Of a stretch of 64,000 nt of DNA, positions 1 through 21,784 are shown piece after piece; positions within the stretch are counted from its first letter, which is position 1, and each line of letters begins with the position of its first letter. The position numbers and the translations under genes were made by a program. The notes below the pieces were generated by a model. That model saw nothing but the letters and a program-made list of their open reading frames with translations, had not been told where the DNA came from and searched no databases. Source of the stretch: the human T2T-CHM13v2.0 reference genome, Homo sapiens; the NCBI RefSeq assembly GCF_009914755.1, contig NC_060947.1; one strand, given 5' to 3'.

Positions 1-704
1 TCCATGGCATTTCTGTCCATGCCCTACCTCTTCCCATCTTAACACTATTGCCCTGCTGTTCCCTCACTATCAAAGCCGCCTCCTGAAGTCTTCTCCCATC
101 TCCCCAAGCAGTAGTCTCCCGCTCCTGAATGGCTCACTCTTGCTAGAGCTGTCTTATGGCCCATGCCACATGCTTCCTTTTGTTATAATCTTTTGTGTCC
201 CTTATTTCCTCTAGATTGCAAACTCTTTGCCTGTGGGAAGTATGTCTTACACATTTGTATATCCTCACAACACACAGCCTCATGTAGCAGACATCTAATA
301 CTTGTTTAAAAATGAAGTTTAGGGACAGCTTAGGAGATCTCGCTGTCTGCTAGGTGAGTCCCAAGTCCGTGTGGTTGTACCTACCCAAGATGAAGGTAAG
401 AACACCCAAGCCTGCCTCCTGCTCAACCTGCTGCCCTAAGAAAACCTCTGCATGTCCCCTGTCTAAAACTGTCTATGCACTTCGCTCTGAGAATGCACTG
501 TCTTCCATCTCCTACCCTAGCAATCAGGTTCTATGCATCTCAGTGCAAACAGCCGTTAACGTTTCAGGATAGACAAATATGCTAAAAGGACAAAAGGAAA
601 AATTCTTGACACCATTTTGATTTACACCTCCTCTTCATTCCAGCCTCCTGGCGCTTTGTATGGTGGCTGGAAGTGCTTGACAAATCATAGCACCATCAAA
701 TTTA

Positions 705-1404
<700 letters not shown>

Positions 1405-1465
1405 CTATGTTAAGGGAAGTGATGACAAGAAAGCCTTCCCTGCGATTAAGAAATTATAATAATAT

Positions 1466-1629
1466 ATGCTTAACTGGCAGGGGAGATACCATGATCACAA
1501 AGGTGGTTTTCCCAGGGCGAGGCTTATCCATTGCCCTCTGGATGTGCTGACCCCTGCGATTTCCCCAAATGTGGGAAACTCGACTGCACAATTTGTGGTA
1601 GTGGGGGACTGTGTTCGCGCTTTCCCTTG
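1466..1629 (+). pseudogene. U1 snRNA processed pseudogene, full length (164 nt)
   Basis: Colinear with U1 (ATGCTTAACTGGCAGGGGAGATACCATGATCAC...TTCGCGCTTTCCCTTG), followed by poly(A); 18-bp TSD AAGAAATTATAATAATAT at 1448-1465 and 1954-1971. Confidence 0.96.
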
Positions 1630-1656
1630 AGAAAAAAAAAAAAGAAAGAAATTATA

Positions 1657-1959
<303 letters not shown>

Positions 1960-2394
1960 TTATAATAATATAATAATAACTACCACTTATTGGTCACTTA
2001 ATGTATACAAGGCAGTTTATTATCCCATTTAACTGTCTTTATTGACCCTATGAAATAAGTACTCTTAGTACTCCTATTTTATAGATGAGGAAACAAGGCA
2101 CAAGGTGTAAGTCACTTACCCAACCATCACATAGCTAGTAAGTAAGTGGCGAAGCTGGGACTTGAACCTATGTCTCTCCTTCCTCAGGCCCTTTTTTTAT
2201 TCACCAAGAGTACAGGAGCCTAATCCTGTAGGCAAGGGAACTGGATCATTTTGACTTTAGTTCCCTTGCCCCAGGTGTGGGACTAGAGGATGAGGGAGCG
2301 GGAAAGCAAACCTTGATATTGGGAGTCCACAGCCTCAGTGCAAGAGTTGAGAAAATCAATACTTTGCAAGCTCAGAAACTGAGAGGCCATAGCT

Positions 2395-2741
2395 TGTCTT
2401 AATCCGTTCAGGCTGCAATAACAAAATATCATAAACTAGATGGCTTATAAACAACCAAAATGTATTTCTCACCGTTCTGGAGACTGAGAAGTCCAAGGTC
2501 AAGGCAGATTTGATACCTGGCGAAGGCCAGCTTCCTAGAGCCTTCTTGCTTTGCCCTCACATGGTGGAAGGGGGAGCTAGCTTTCTTCCATCTCTTTTAA
2601 AAGGACCCGAATCCCATTCATGAGAGCTTTGCCTTCATGGCCTAATCACCTCCCAAAGGCCCTGCCTCCTAAAACCATCACCCTAGGAGTCAGGATTTCA
2701 ACAGATGAATTTTGGGAGGACACAAACACTCAGAGCATAAC
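2395..2741. mobile_element. MaLR solo LTR (MLT1/MST family)
   Basis: TGTCTTAATCCGTTCAGGCTGCAATAACAAAATATCATAAACT...GAATTTTGGGAGGACACAAACA pattern typical of MaLR LTRs. Confidence 0.7.
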
Positions 2742-4265
2742 GAGCCTGGCTTTGGCCAGGGAATGGTTAACTCAAGTTAGAGAGAGGAAAAAAAAAAATC
2801 TTTGGAAAACTGGGCTGTCCTGGGGTCTGCTTTAGTCCCTGGCAGTCTGGCAATGGAAAGCCCTACTTGTTGCTTTGACTTGAGAAGCCGTAATGAGCAG
2901 TGAGCCACAGGCATAGACCATTCAGTAGACACAGGTCTTTGGCCAGCCTTGAACAACAACTGCTCAGAGGGACTGGGAAGAAAGCCCGCCTACCACAGGG
3001 GGCAGGGCTGGGAGCAGAAGCAAAGCCCCAGGATGGGAGAGTAAATTGTTATAACTATACCTGCGAGGAAGTGCTAACAAAGTTCCAGGTTTTCTGCCTA
3101 CTTCAATATTTCCCGGTTGGCATAGCATCTACTCTTAGTAGGAACAGAGTTCTATTTGCCTAACAGAGTCAAATTACCTGTCCAGAGGTACAAACACTGC
3201 TAGGTTCTAAGCCTTCAGGGTAGTGGGAGAGGAGTGGAGCCTTACCTTTAGTTTGTTGTATTTTCAACTCTCTGCTGTCATCTTACTTTTAGGTCTGGCC
3301 CCTTTGTGAACCAAATTCTTCTAACTGAGTAGCATTGCGTTAGCAGTCAGAAAAAAAAAAAAAAAAAAGATGCTTTTCAAATATAGGTAGATGTCTGGAC
3401 ATCCCTTAGGCAAGGTGGCTCTGTATGAGCGTCACTATTAAAGTGAAAGGAAAGGAAAAGTCTCCCCACCCTTGTTTTTTTTTCAAAAGGTATAGAGTGC
3501 CCGAAATACTTTAGGGATGGCAGCTGTTGAGCATGGAAACAAGACTTGTCCCTAGAGGGAAGGCAAGGAAGGCATGGGGAAGAGCCTTCCTAACTCCACT
3601 TAGTGTAAAATCACTCTGTCCTCTTCCCCTGACCTGAGCTGGCTTATTCCTTGGAAGAGATAAAGATCTGGGAGTCAAAATGACCACCCTGTGCTGAGCA
3701 GGCTTCTTTGAACTCCAGCTAAACGGTAACAGCACCTAAGATAGGATGTTCCCACCCTCACTCCCCACCTCAAAGTGGAGGTGAAGAGGGAGATAAGGGA
3801 AAGGGAGAGAAAGGTCCCAGGAAAGGTCTGCTGTCAAGAGGGAGGACCCGCAGCTGGCTGGGAGCATTCACAGGAAGTACCAATTTTCACCTCCTTTTTT
3901 CCACAGAGCTGTTGCTTATTTGCCTACGACGGCTGTGTTCCTCTTGAGGCTGTAATGGGCAGACTAGCTCAGTGGGTAACAGTGTGAGCTTTGGATCCCA
4001 GCCTTGCCACTTACTCCCGCGTGAACTTGTGTACACCACATAACCCATCTGAGCCTCATCTTCCTCATCTGTTTTGAGGGTAAGAATGGTGCCTACCTCA
4101 TCTACTTGCAGCAAAGACTAAATTCGTTTAGTGCAAATGCAGAGCCAGGCCCATAATAAGTACTCTCAATAATGCTAAGATGCCATGTTTATTGTTCTTG
4201 AAGCATCACTTCAGAATCTGTGCACAGCATGGAAGGCCTGATTAGAACCATAAAAACCAGTCCAA

Positions 4266-4556
4266 GGCCGGGCGCGGCGACTCACGCCTGTAATCCCAGC
4301 ACTTTGGGAGGCCGAGGTGGGTGGATCACTTGAGGCCAGGAGTTCCAGACCAGCCTGGCCAACACGACGAAACCCCGTCTCTAATAAAAATTAAAAAATT
4401 AGCTGGGCATGGTGGCGCGCGCCCGTAGTCCCAGCTACTCAATAGGCTGAGGCATGATAATCACTTGAACCAAGGAGGCAGAGGTTACAGTGAGCCGAGA
4501 TTGCACCACTCCAGCCTGGGCGACAGAGTGAAACTCTATTTAAAAAAAAAAAAAAA
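4266..4556 (+). mobile_element. Alu (AluS-like)
   Basis: Dimeric Alu with poly(A); TSD-like CCAGTCCA on both sides. Confidence 0.95.
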
Positions 4557-5898
4557 GCCAGTCCAGATGTGTTTCCATGTTTCCTATGATTACTATAAAC
4601 ACACAAATGAGCTGGGCTCACAGAACCTCAATAGACCTTGGATATGTATAGCTAATGATGAGCAGCGACAGGAATCGAGAGTTCGTACAGAATTTTTTGG
4701 TTTGGTTAGCGTAACAACAGGCTTTACAGACAGGCTCCATGTGCAAGCACTGCACACCTCTGTATGTTCTCAGCCTTCTGAGAACTGTCACTGCCAAATC
4801 TTTTCCTTCACCCTCCCCACCCTATCTCACCCCCAGGCAAGGTGACACTTTCAAAGTTGGCACGGCAGGCAGCACATGCCAGGCCTGTGACCCAGGCCTC
4901 AGCAGCTCTGCTCACTTGCATGGCAATTGCTTTCTACAGTCAGGCCCAGCTGCACTTTGGGTCTCCCCAACCCCCACCCCCAATCACCACACAGGAACTG
5001 GCTGTTTCTCTTTTCTTCGTCCAAGCTGAATACTAACCTACTGTGGTTTGCTTGCTTCCCCCATTGTGATCGCAGGCTTTCTGAGCAGCTAGTCAACCCT
5101 CTAGCCTGCCACTGAATCGGAAGGCATTCACACTGGAGGGGATCAAGGGGAGCTTGTAGGCTTGCCTTGCTGGCGGGCAGCTGCCTACACCCACTCGTAC
5201 CAATGTCCCCGCTGCAGAGCCCGGGTGCTTCCCAGCTGTACAAGGACAACTATTTGGGTCCCGGCTATGCCAAGAGAAACATGGGTCATGTGGTTCACAG
5301 GACAGAAAGGTTCATTTACTCCAATATGACTGGCATTTTTTTTTGTTTGATTATTGGATATTTGCCAAAAGACTGAAGCCTCCTGCCACAACCACCTCCC
5401 CCACATATATGTCCTCAGATGGTTTGGGAATTGGACAGCTTAGTCATCAGGTCCTGTCCTCCACATCCACAGAAGATACAAGTTGTTTCCAGATAACATG
5501 CAGAAGGTTCTGAGCTCCTTCCTGTGTGCTCCAGCTCGAAGACTCTTTTCTTTTCCCTATGAATTTTTTTTCCTTTTCTTTCTCTGGTCTTTCCTTTTTA
5601 ATGCCCTTTTAAAATTAAGTATTCTATCTTTTGAGTGGGTAACACATACACATGATACAAAATCCAAAAGGTGCAACGAGTATATGCTGAAAAGTAAACC
5701 TCTCTAACCTTTGTCCTTAGCCATTCAGCTCTCCTGTGAGTCAGTACTGTTGTTAGCAGTTTACCTGTATCTTTCCAAAGATGGTCTATGCAAAGATCCA
5801 CATAAACTTGTACATTTATGTTCTGTTTTTAGGTCAGCAGCAGCACACTACATACACTCTTCTGTGCCCTGTTTTTTTTCCACCTGAAAATGTATCTC

Positions 5899-6242
<344 letters not shown>

Positions 6243-6411
6243 TCATTTATGACATAGTATTCAACGGTATGATATACTATTTATTTAACTAGTCCCTGAT
6301 TGGTGGACATTTAGATTATTTCCAGTCTTCTGCTAGTACTAACAATGCTGTAACAAATCTCCTTGTTACATACATTTTTCACGCACATGCAAATAGATCT
6401 GTAGGATAAAA

Positions 6412-7075
<664 letters not shown>

Positions 7076-8316
7076 GTGTTTTACATCTTTATAAATATTG
7101 TTCAGTTATTTCAGTACTCATGGAAAGACTGAACAACCAAAACGTTGCCTCTGTTGGAAGACCTCTGAGGAATTTATCACAGGAATAATCAAGTGCTTTG
7201 CTTTTAAGTCTTTGTTCTTTATTTGTATCTACTGCAAGTTTGTTATTTCTTTCCTTCAATATGTATTAAACACCTCTACCATGCACCAGGTAAGCTTTGA
7301 GGCCAAAACCATAAACACAACAAATGTGGTTGCTGCCCCCACAGTATTTACAGTCTAGGAGATGGAGCAGTTGGGGGCAGGAGTACACATGAACGAAATA
7401 ATTATACACTGAGTCATTACAAACTGTGTTAAGTGCCATGAAGGAGAAGCACAGGGTGACTGAAAGTGTTCAGTAGGCTCCTGACTTCGTGTGGAGGTCT
7501 CAGAAGATTTCCCTGGGGAAATGATGTTTATTCTGATCAATAAGACAGACTTAGTGAGGCCGAGGAAATGGCAGGTTTGAAGTCCTAGAGGAAGGCAGGA
7601 GCAAGGATTCTGGCCAGCAGCATGGATTACAGGATCTGGAAAGGGTCTTCAAGGACATTTTGTTTCAGTCTCCTCATTTGACATGTGAGAAAACTAAAGT
7701 TTAGGGAGCTAAATGACTTGACCAGGGTTATACAGATAGTAACAAAGTCAGGCTGCAGAATCCAGTGTGCTCATCCTGGGAGCTGTGGGTCTGAACTAGA
7801 CAGCTATGGGATAGTTGCCTGGGTTTGTGTAGAAGGACTTAAGTTCAGGTTCTTGTGACAAGCTGCGTGACATGTTTCATTTCTCTTTACTAGTAAGATA
7901 CAGTTTGGATGAATGGCCATTCCAATCTAGCGGGTTGGTTTGTTCTTCAGCATACTTGTCTTTCTTACAAGTTTAAATAATAATAACAATGGTGGTTAAT
8001 TCTTTAGCGCTTGCTCTATGTCAAATACAGTTCTAAGCAACTTACATGTATTAAATCATTTCATTTTGACAGCAGTTCTTAAAGTTGGTGTTATTATTAT
8101 TACCCCATTTTACAGATGAGGAAATTGAAGCTCCAGAAGGTAAAGGCACTTGCCAACCATCACAGAGCTAGTGAGTGGCAAAGCAGGGGGACCGAGTCCA
8201 AACAGTCTGGCTTCAGGGCCCATGTGCTTTGTCTCCCAGGCACTCTCAGTGTCAGCAGCAGGCTGATGGACTCAGGTTTGAGCCCAGAGCTGCCTTGTGC
8301 CATGGAAGGTCCAATC

Positions 8317-8495
8317 AGTGGCTCTCAACCCTGGCTGCACATCAGAATCAGCTGGGGAGCTTGTAAAAAGTGCTAATGTCCAGGCCTCGCCCCCGTTCAG
8401 TTAAATTGCAATCTCTAGGGGTGGATCCCAGTCACTGAGGGTTTTTAAAAGCTTCCGTGGTCAGCCTAATGCAGCTAACGGTTGAGATGTACTGG
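8317..8495. mobile_element. MER5-like hAT DNA transposon remnant
   Basis: CAGTGGCTCTCAACCCTGGCTGCACATCAGAATCA start typical of MER5A/B. Confidence 0.65.
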
Positions 8496-8955
8496 GATCT
8501 AGGCTTGCCATTGCTTTGCCCTTTGGGAGCAACCAGCACCCCATACTTGCCTTTGTGTTCTGGACACCCACTTAGTAGGACACTTGTAGAGGCACTTATT
8601 CATACCACAGCACAGGCTCCTGTCTCAGCCTAAAGAACTCATTCAGTGTACATGCTTTGGCAGCCACATCCACCAGTGATGTGCGGTAACAAGTCTGTAA
8701 AGGGCTAAGAGAATATTTTCAGTCCTGAGCGTCAGAAGACAGTGGAGCTTAGTGGAGTGGAGCTTGGCTCTGAGTCAAACAGACCCAGATTCAAGTTGAT
8801 GCTTTGTGTCATGGTCTGTGATTTTAGAGACTGGCGTTTATCCTCTCACCAACTCCATTTTGTCATCCATATAATCAAGCTAATACGATAATACTACCTC
8901 TTTCATGAGGCTTTTGTGAGGATTAAATGAGATAGTATATAGAAAGCAATCAGTG

Positions 8956-9300
<345 letters not shown>

Positions 9301-9543
9301 TCAGTGCTAGGCCATGTCTTTATTTCATGACTATCCACGTAGCTTATGTGAGTAAACAGCTATATTTGGGAAAAGCTACTAGTGACACTGATATTGACAG
9401 GAATTTGATTTGACATTTAATAAGTGCCTGGTATGTACAATGAAGAGTGAAAGATCCTGAAGAGCTTGGATGACTAGGAAGGCCCCGTGCCTGCTGACTG
9501 GCTTGCTGGCTGGGAGGGAGCATAAAGACACCCAGATAACTCA

Positions 9544-9846
<303 letters not shown>

Positions 9847-10220
9847 GCTAAGGGAGCACAAGATATGGAGAGAGAAAGCCCCAATTCAAACAGAAGCTGG
9901 AAAACAATTATAAAATAACCAAGGAAATATGAATACTAACTGAACTCAATATGTGATGATATTAAGGAATTATAAATTTTTAGGTGTGATAACGGTATTA
10001 TACATATATTTTTGAGGAGCAATTATAGTTTAGATAAACATAATTCTAATTAATAATATGTAAGTCAGATGAATTGAAATGATGTCTCGTGGGGGTAGAG
10101 ATGAAAGAAGATTGGCCACGTATAGCTAATTGTTGAAGTTGGGTGATGGAACTTTGTGTTCATTTTACTGGCCTCTCTACTTTTATATATGGTTGAGATT
10201 TTTCACAATAAAAAGTTTTA

Positions 10221-10897
<677 letters not shown>

Positions 10898-10949
10898 TCA
10901 GGATGAGGTGGCATCTGACTTGGGCATGGGTGACTAGGGAGAGTTGATG

Positions 10950-11210
10950 TCGCAGTTTAAATCTGAAGGGAGTCTGCTGGCAGAATCTCCTCTTCCTTGA
11001 GGGGCTTCAGTCTTTTTTCTTTTAAGGCCCTCACTGATTGGAGGAGGCCCACTCACATTATGGACAGGAATTTGTTTTACTCAAAGTCTACTGATTTAAA
11101 TGTCAAACTCATCTTAAACATGCCTTTACAGCAACATCTAGACTAGTGTTTTTCCCAAATAGCTGGGTACTGTGGCCTAACCAAGTTGACATATGAAATT
11201 AATCATCACA
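10950..11210. mobile_element. ERVL LTR remnant (MLT2-like)
   Basis: Ends CCAAGTTGACATATGAAATTAATCATCACA, characteristic of the MLT2 terminus. Confidence 0.65.
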
Positions 11211-12235
11211 GGGTGGCAGTGGGAAATGATACTAGGAAAACCGGTAGGGGCCAAATTGTAAAGGGTTTTGAATTCTGTTAAAATTGTCTTTAGTAAACTT
11301 CTTTGGAAAATTTTTCTTCTCAAAATGTTTTCTTTAGAAAATTGGGAATTGTTGAAGGCTTCTGAGCAAAGCAATGGTAACATCTGATGAGTTTGGAAGG
11401 GTACTTGGCTGCAATGTGGAGGATGAGTTGGAGAGGGCAGAGACTGAAGGTCAAACGATGGGTAAGGAAACTGACCCTTGCTTAAGAGAGATGATGTGAG
11501 GTACTGGGAGTAGAGCTGAAAAGTATCCAAAGCATAGAATATAATGCAGGTAGCAGCAAGAGATCAGGCTGAGCAGTAGGCAGAGGCCAGGTCATGGAGC
11601 ACCTGGTAAGCCAGATTAAAGAGCCTGGAGTTTATCCTGATGATAATGGGGGACCCACTGAAGAGTTGAAGTCAAGGGAGTAACCTGATTAAATCGCTCT
11701 GACTGCTAGATGGGGAATAAGGGCAGGTAGACCAGCTAGTAACAGTTGTAGTAGTGTGGGCAAAAGATGATGGTGGCTTGGACTAGGGTGAGAGTGGAAA
11801 GAAAGAAAAGTAAACAAATTTGGGACATGTTTGGAGCCACTGGAACTTGGTTAGTGATGGATTAGATCAGAGAAAGGTGAGAGACAGAGAAAACTTAAAG
11901 GTGACTCAGGTTTTGGGCCTGAGCAAGTAGGTTGATGACAGTGCCATTTGCTGACATGAGGAAAACTAGAGGACAGTCAGGATTGGAGTGGAGCAAAATC
12001 AAGAGTTCTGATTAGGACATATAAAGTTTCAGATGTTCAGTAGACTTCTGAGTAGCAATGTCAAGTAGCTAGTTGATTACATGATCCTGTGGCTCAGAGG
12101 AGAGATACAGATAGAAATTTGGAAATCATCAAGCAGAGGAGAACAGAAAGAAGGCCAGTGCAGTTGAAGGGTTTTGTGACCCTTTATCTTGGGTCACAAA
12201 AGAGTGACCCAAGATAAAGTTGAAAAGGTGGGAGG

Positions 12236-12556
12236 GTCAGGCATGGTGGTGCATGCCTGTGGTCCCAGCTACTAGGAAGGCTGAGGAAGGAGGATCACTT
12301 GAGCCCAAGAGTTCTGGACTGTAGAGCACTAAGCTAATCAGATGTCCACATTAAGTTCAGCATCACTATGGTGACCTCTCGGGAGCGGGGGACCACCAGG
12401 TTGCCAAAGGAGGGGTGAACCGGCCCAGGTTGGAAACAGCAGATCAAAACTCCTGTGCTGATCAGTAGTGGGATTCCACCTGTGAATAGCCTGTGTTGCC
12501 CACTCCAGCTTGGGCAACATAGTGACACCACATCTCTGTTAAAAAAAAAAAAAAAA
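12236..12556 (+). pseudogene. 7SL (SRP RNA) processed pseudogene, full length
   Basis: Alu-domain 5' end plus the S domain absent from Alus (GGGAGCGGGGGACCACCAGGTTGCC...GCTGATCAGTAGTGGGAT), then poly(A). Confidence 0.93.
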
Positions 12557-12855
12557 TTTTGAGACAGAGTCCGCTGCGACGTCCAGGTTGGAGTGGAATG
12601 GCGTGATCTCGGCTCACTTCTTCCTGGGTTCAAGCCATCTCTGCTTCCTGGGTTCAAGCCATTCTCGTGCTTCAGCCTCCCGAGTAGCTGGGACTACAGG
12701 CATGCGCCACCACGCCTGGCTAATTTTTGTATTTTTAGTAGAAATGGGGTTTCACCATATTGGCCAGGCTGGTCTCAAACTCCCAACCTCAAGTTATCTG
12801 CCCACCTCGGCCTCCCAAAATGCTGGGATTACAGGCGTGAGCCACTGCACCCAAC
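12557..12855 (-). mobile_element. Alu inserted antisense into the 7SL poly(A) tail
   Basis: Reverse-complement Alu; internal duplication of CTTCCTGGGTTCAAGCCAT at 12620-12638 and 12644-12662. Confidence 0.9.
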
Positions 12856-12924
12856 TTAAAAAATATTTTTTAAAAAAAAGAAAAAAAACGGTGGGCAGAG
12901 CAGATCATATAGGACCTTGTAGCC

Positions 12925-13135
12925 TACGAGCATGCTGGAACCACTTCCTACTGGCTCAGGAGAACTGACTGTTAAATTTCAGGAAATTTGGGAGCTGGTC
13001 GACTTCGCATTTGGCAGCCTGAAATCAGCCATAGTGGGAGTACTGATGCTGTTGAAATTGGTAAATGCTACAATTCAGCCCTTTTTTATTTTCCCCCAGA
13101 GAACCAGTTGTTAAACTTTGCCACCATATTAGTAC
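12925..13135. mobile_element. MER63-like hAT DNA transposon remnant
   Basis: TGCTGGAACC...GAGAACTGACTGTTAAATTTCAGGAAATTTGGGAGC...CCAGTTGTTAAA resembles MER63. Confidence 0.5.
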
Positions 13136-13396
13136 TATGGCTTGTAGGCTCCAGTAAGAAATTTAGATTTTATTCTTTTTTTTTTTTTTTTTTTATACTC
13201 TAAGTTTTAGGGTACATGTGCACATTGTGCAGGTTAGTTACATATGTATACATGTGCCATGCTGGTGCGCTGCACCCACCAATGTGTCATCTAGCATTAG
13301 GTATATCTCCCAATGCTATCCCTCCCCCCTCCCCCGACCCCACCACAGTCCCCAGAGTGTGATATTCCCCTTCCTGTGTCCATGTGATCTCATTGT

Positions 13397-18299
<4,903 letters not shown>

Positions 18300-19202
18300 C
18301 TTTGTGGTTTCATCTACTTTTGGTCTTTGATGATGGTGATGTACAGATGGGTTTTCGGTGTAGATGTCCTTTCTGGTTGTTAGTTTTCCTTCTAACAGAC
18401 AGGACCCTCAGCTGCAGGTCTGTTGGAATACCCTGCCGTGTGAGGTGTCAGTGTGCCCCTGCTGGGGGGTGCCTCCCAGTTAGGCTGCTCGGGGGTCAGG
18501 AGTCAGGGACCCACTTGAGGAGGCAGTCTGCCCGTTCTCAGATCTCCAGCTGCGTGCTGGGAGAACCACTGCTCTCTTCAAAGCTGTCAGACAGGGACAC
18601 TTAAGTCTGCAGAGGTTACTGCTGTCTTTTTGTTTGTCTGTGCCCTGCCCCCAGAGGTGGAGCCTACAGAGGCAGGCAGGCCTCCTTGAGCTGTGGTGGG
18701 CTCCACCGAGTTCGAGCTTCCCGGCTGCTTTGTTTACCTAAGCAAGCCTGGGCAATGGTGGGCGCCCCTCCCCCAGCCTCGTTGCCGCCTTGCAGTTTGA
18801 TCTCAGACTGCTGTGCTAGCAATCAGCGAGATTCCGTGGGCGTAGGACCCTCCGAGCCAGGTGTGGGATATAGTCTCGTGGTGCGCCGTTTCTTAAGCCG
18901 GTCTGAAAAGCGCAATATTCGGGTGGGAGTGACCCGATTTTCCAGGTGCGTCCGTCACCCCTTTCTTTGACTCGGAAAGGGAACTCCCTGACCCCTTGCG
19001 CTTCCCAGGTGAGGCAATGACTCGCCCTGCTTCGGCTCGCGCACGGTGCGCACACACACTGGCCTGCGCCCACTGTCTGGCACTCCCTAGTGAGATGAAC
19101 CCGGTACCTCAGATGGAAATGCAGAAATCACCGTCTTCTGCGTCGCTCACGCTGGGAGCTGTAGACCGGAGCTGTTCCTATTCGGCCATCTTGGCTCCTC
19201 CC
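18300..19202 (-). promoter_or_regulatory. L1 5' UTR: internal sense promoter with YY1 site, and antisense promoter firing on the + strand
   Basis: CpG-rich 5' UTR; YY1 motif AAGATGGC intact (19185-19192). Confidence 0.85.
18755..18970 (+). CDS. L1 ORF0 (antisense, 71 aa), intact
   Basis: MVGAPPPASLPPCSLISDCCASNQRDS...RCVRHPFL*; splice donors CAG|GTGTGG (18860/61) and CAG|GTGCGT (18945/46). Confidence 0.85.
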   Translation: MVGAPPPASLPPCSLISDCCASNQRDSVGVGPSEPGVGYSLVVRRFLSRSEKRNIRVGVTRFSRCVRHPFL

Positions 19203-19420
19203 GCTTTGTTTTCTTTTTCATCTCAGTTTTTGAGGATAAGAATGCTTTGTTTTAAAAGGGATCATCTGTGTCTTTTTAAAAGCTTACTGAATTTTCCTGG
19301 TGTGAATTATTTGCACGTACTCATTTTTGTGGTTGATTTGGATTTTACAGTGATTAAGATTTTACAGTACCTGCTCCACCGGGCCCAGATCCTGCTTCCC
19401 AGATCTTCCTGGGAAGCACC
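19203..19420 (-). other. 218-bp 5' transduced segment carried by the L1
   Basis: Non-L1 sequence between the L1 5' end and the TSD AAGAAATTTAGATTTTATTCT (13156-13176 and 19421-19441). Confidence 0.88.
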
Positions 19421-19516
19421 AAGAAATTTAGATTTTATTCTAAGTGTGATGTAAAGTCATTAAAATGTTTTAAGCAGGTGAGTAAAAGGATCTGATTTTT
19501 AAAAATCACTGTACGT

Positions 19517-19863
<347 letters not shown>

Positions 19864-20412
19864 CTAAGGAAACTGCTGCAACAATCCACATGCGCAGTGG
19901 TGCCTTGGCAGTGCAGGTAAGAGTTCAGTCAAGAAATTTGGAAGATTGTTAACATCCTAAGACTGGATATAGATGGACCTTGATTTATCACAAGTTGATT
20001 ATAATTGACCTGTTATGTAATTCGTGTTACTTAGTGTCTTTTTGTTTTAGTTGTGGGGAGCACCAGATTACAGAATGATTACCTTGACTCATGACCCAGG
20101 GCTCTTTACAATTCTTACCAGAAACTGGCAGATGATAAATCAGTCATCTTATTTGGTAGCAAAATAAGGAGGTTACTTTCCTGCATGAACATAAATTTCC
20201 TCTTTTCAATATTTCAGTCTTACATTAGCAGGAGGAACTTGAAGTCTTGTGATTAGGCAGATTCTTTGTAAGGGAAAAGGCAGCTTACTATCCTTTTGGT
20301 AACAGTTCTTTACTGATAGGGTAAGAAGGAAAGGAGGTTGAGTCCGAACAATGCTAAAGGAAACACTTTAAAGTAAGACATCCACTGAAGACCCCTAGCC
20401 ATTTTGCCTACT

Positions 20413-21784
<1,372 letters not shown>

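Noticed and set aside
18996-19454. 152-aa + strand ORF crossing the L1 5' end and the transduced segment
   Set aside because: Non-ATG start, antisense to L1, no recognisable domain; a chance open frame
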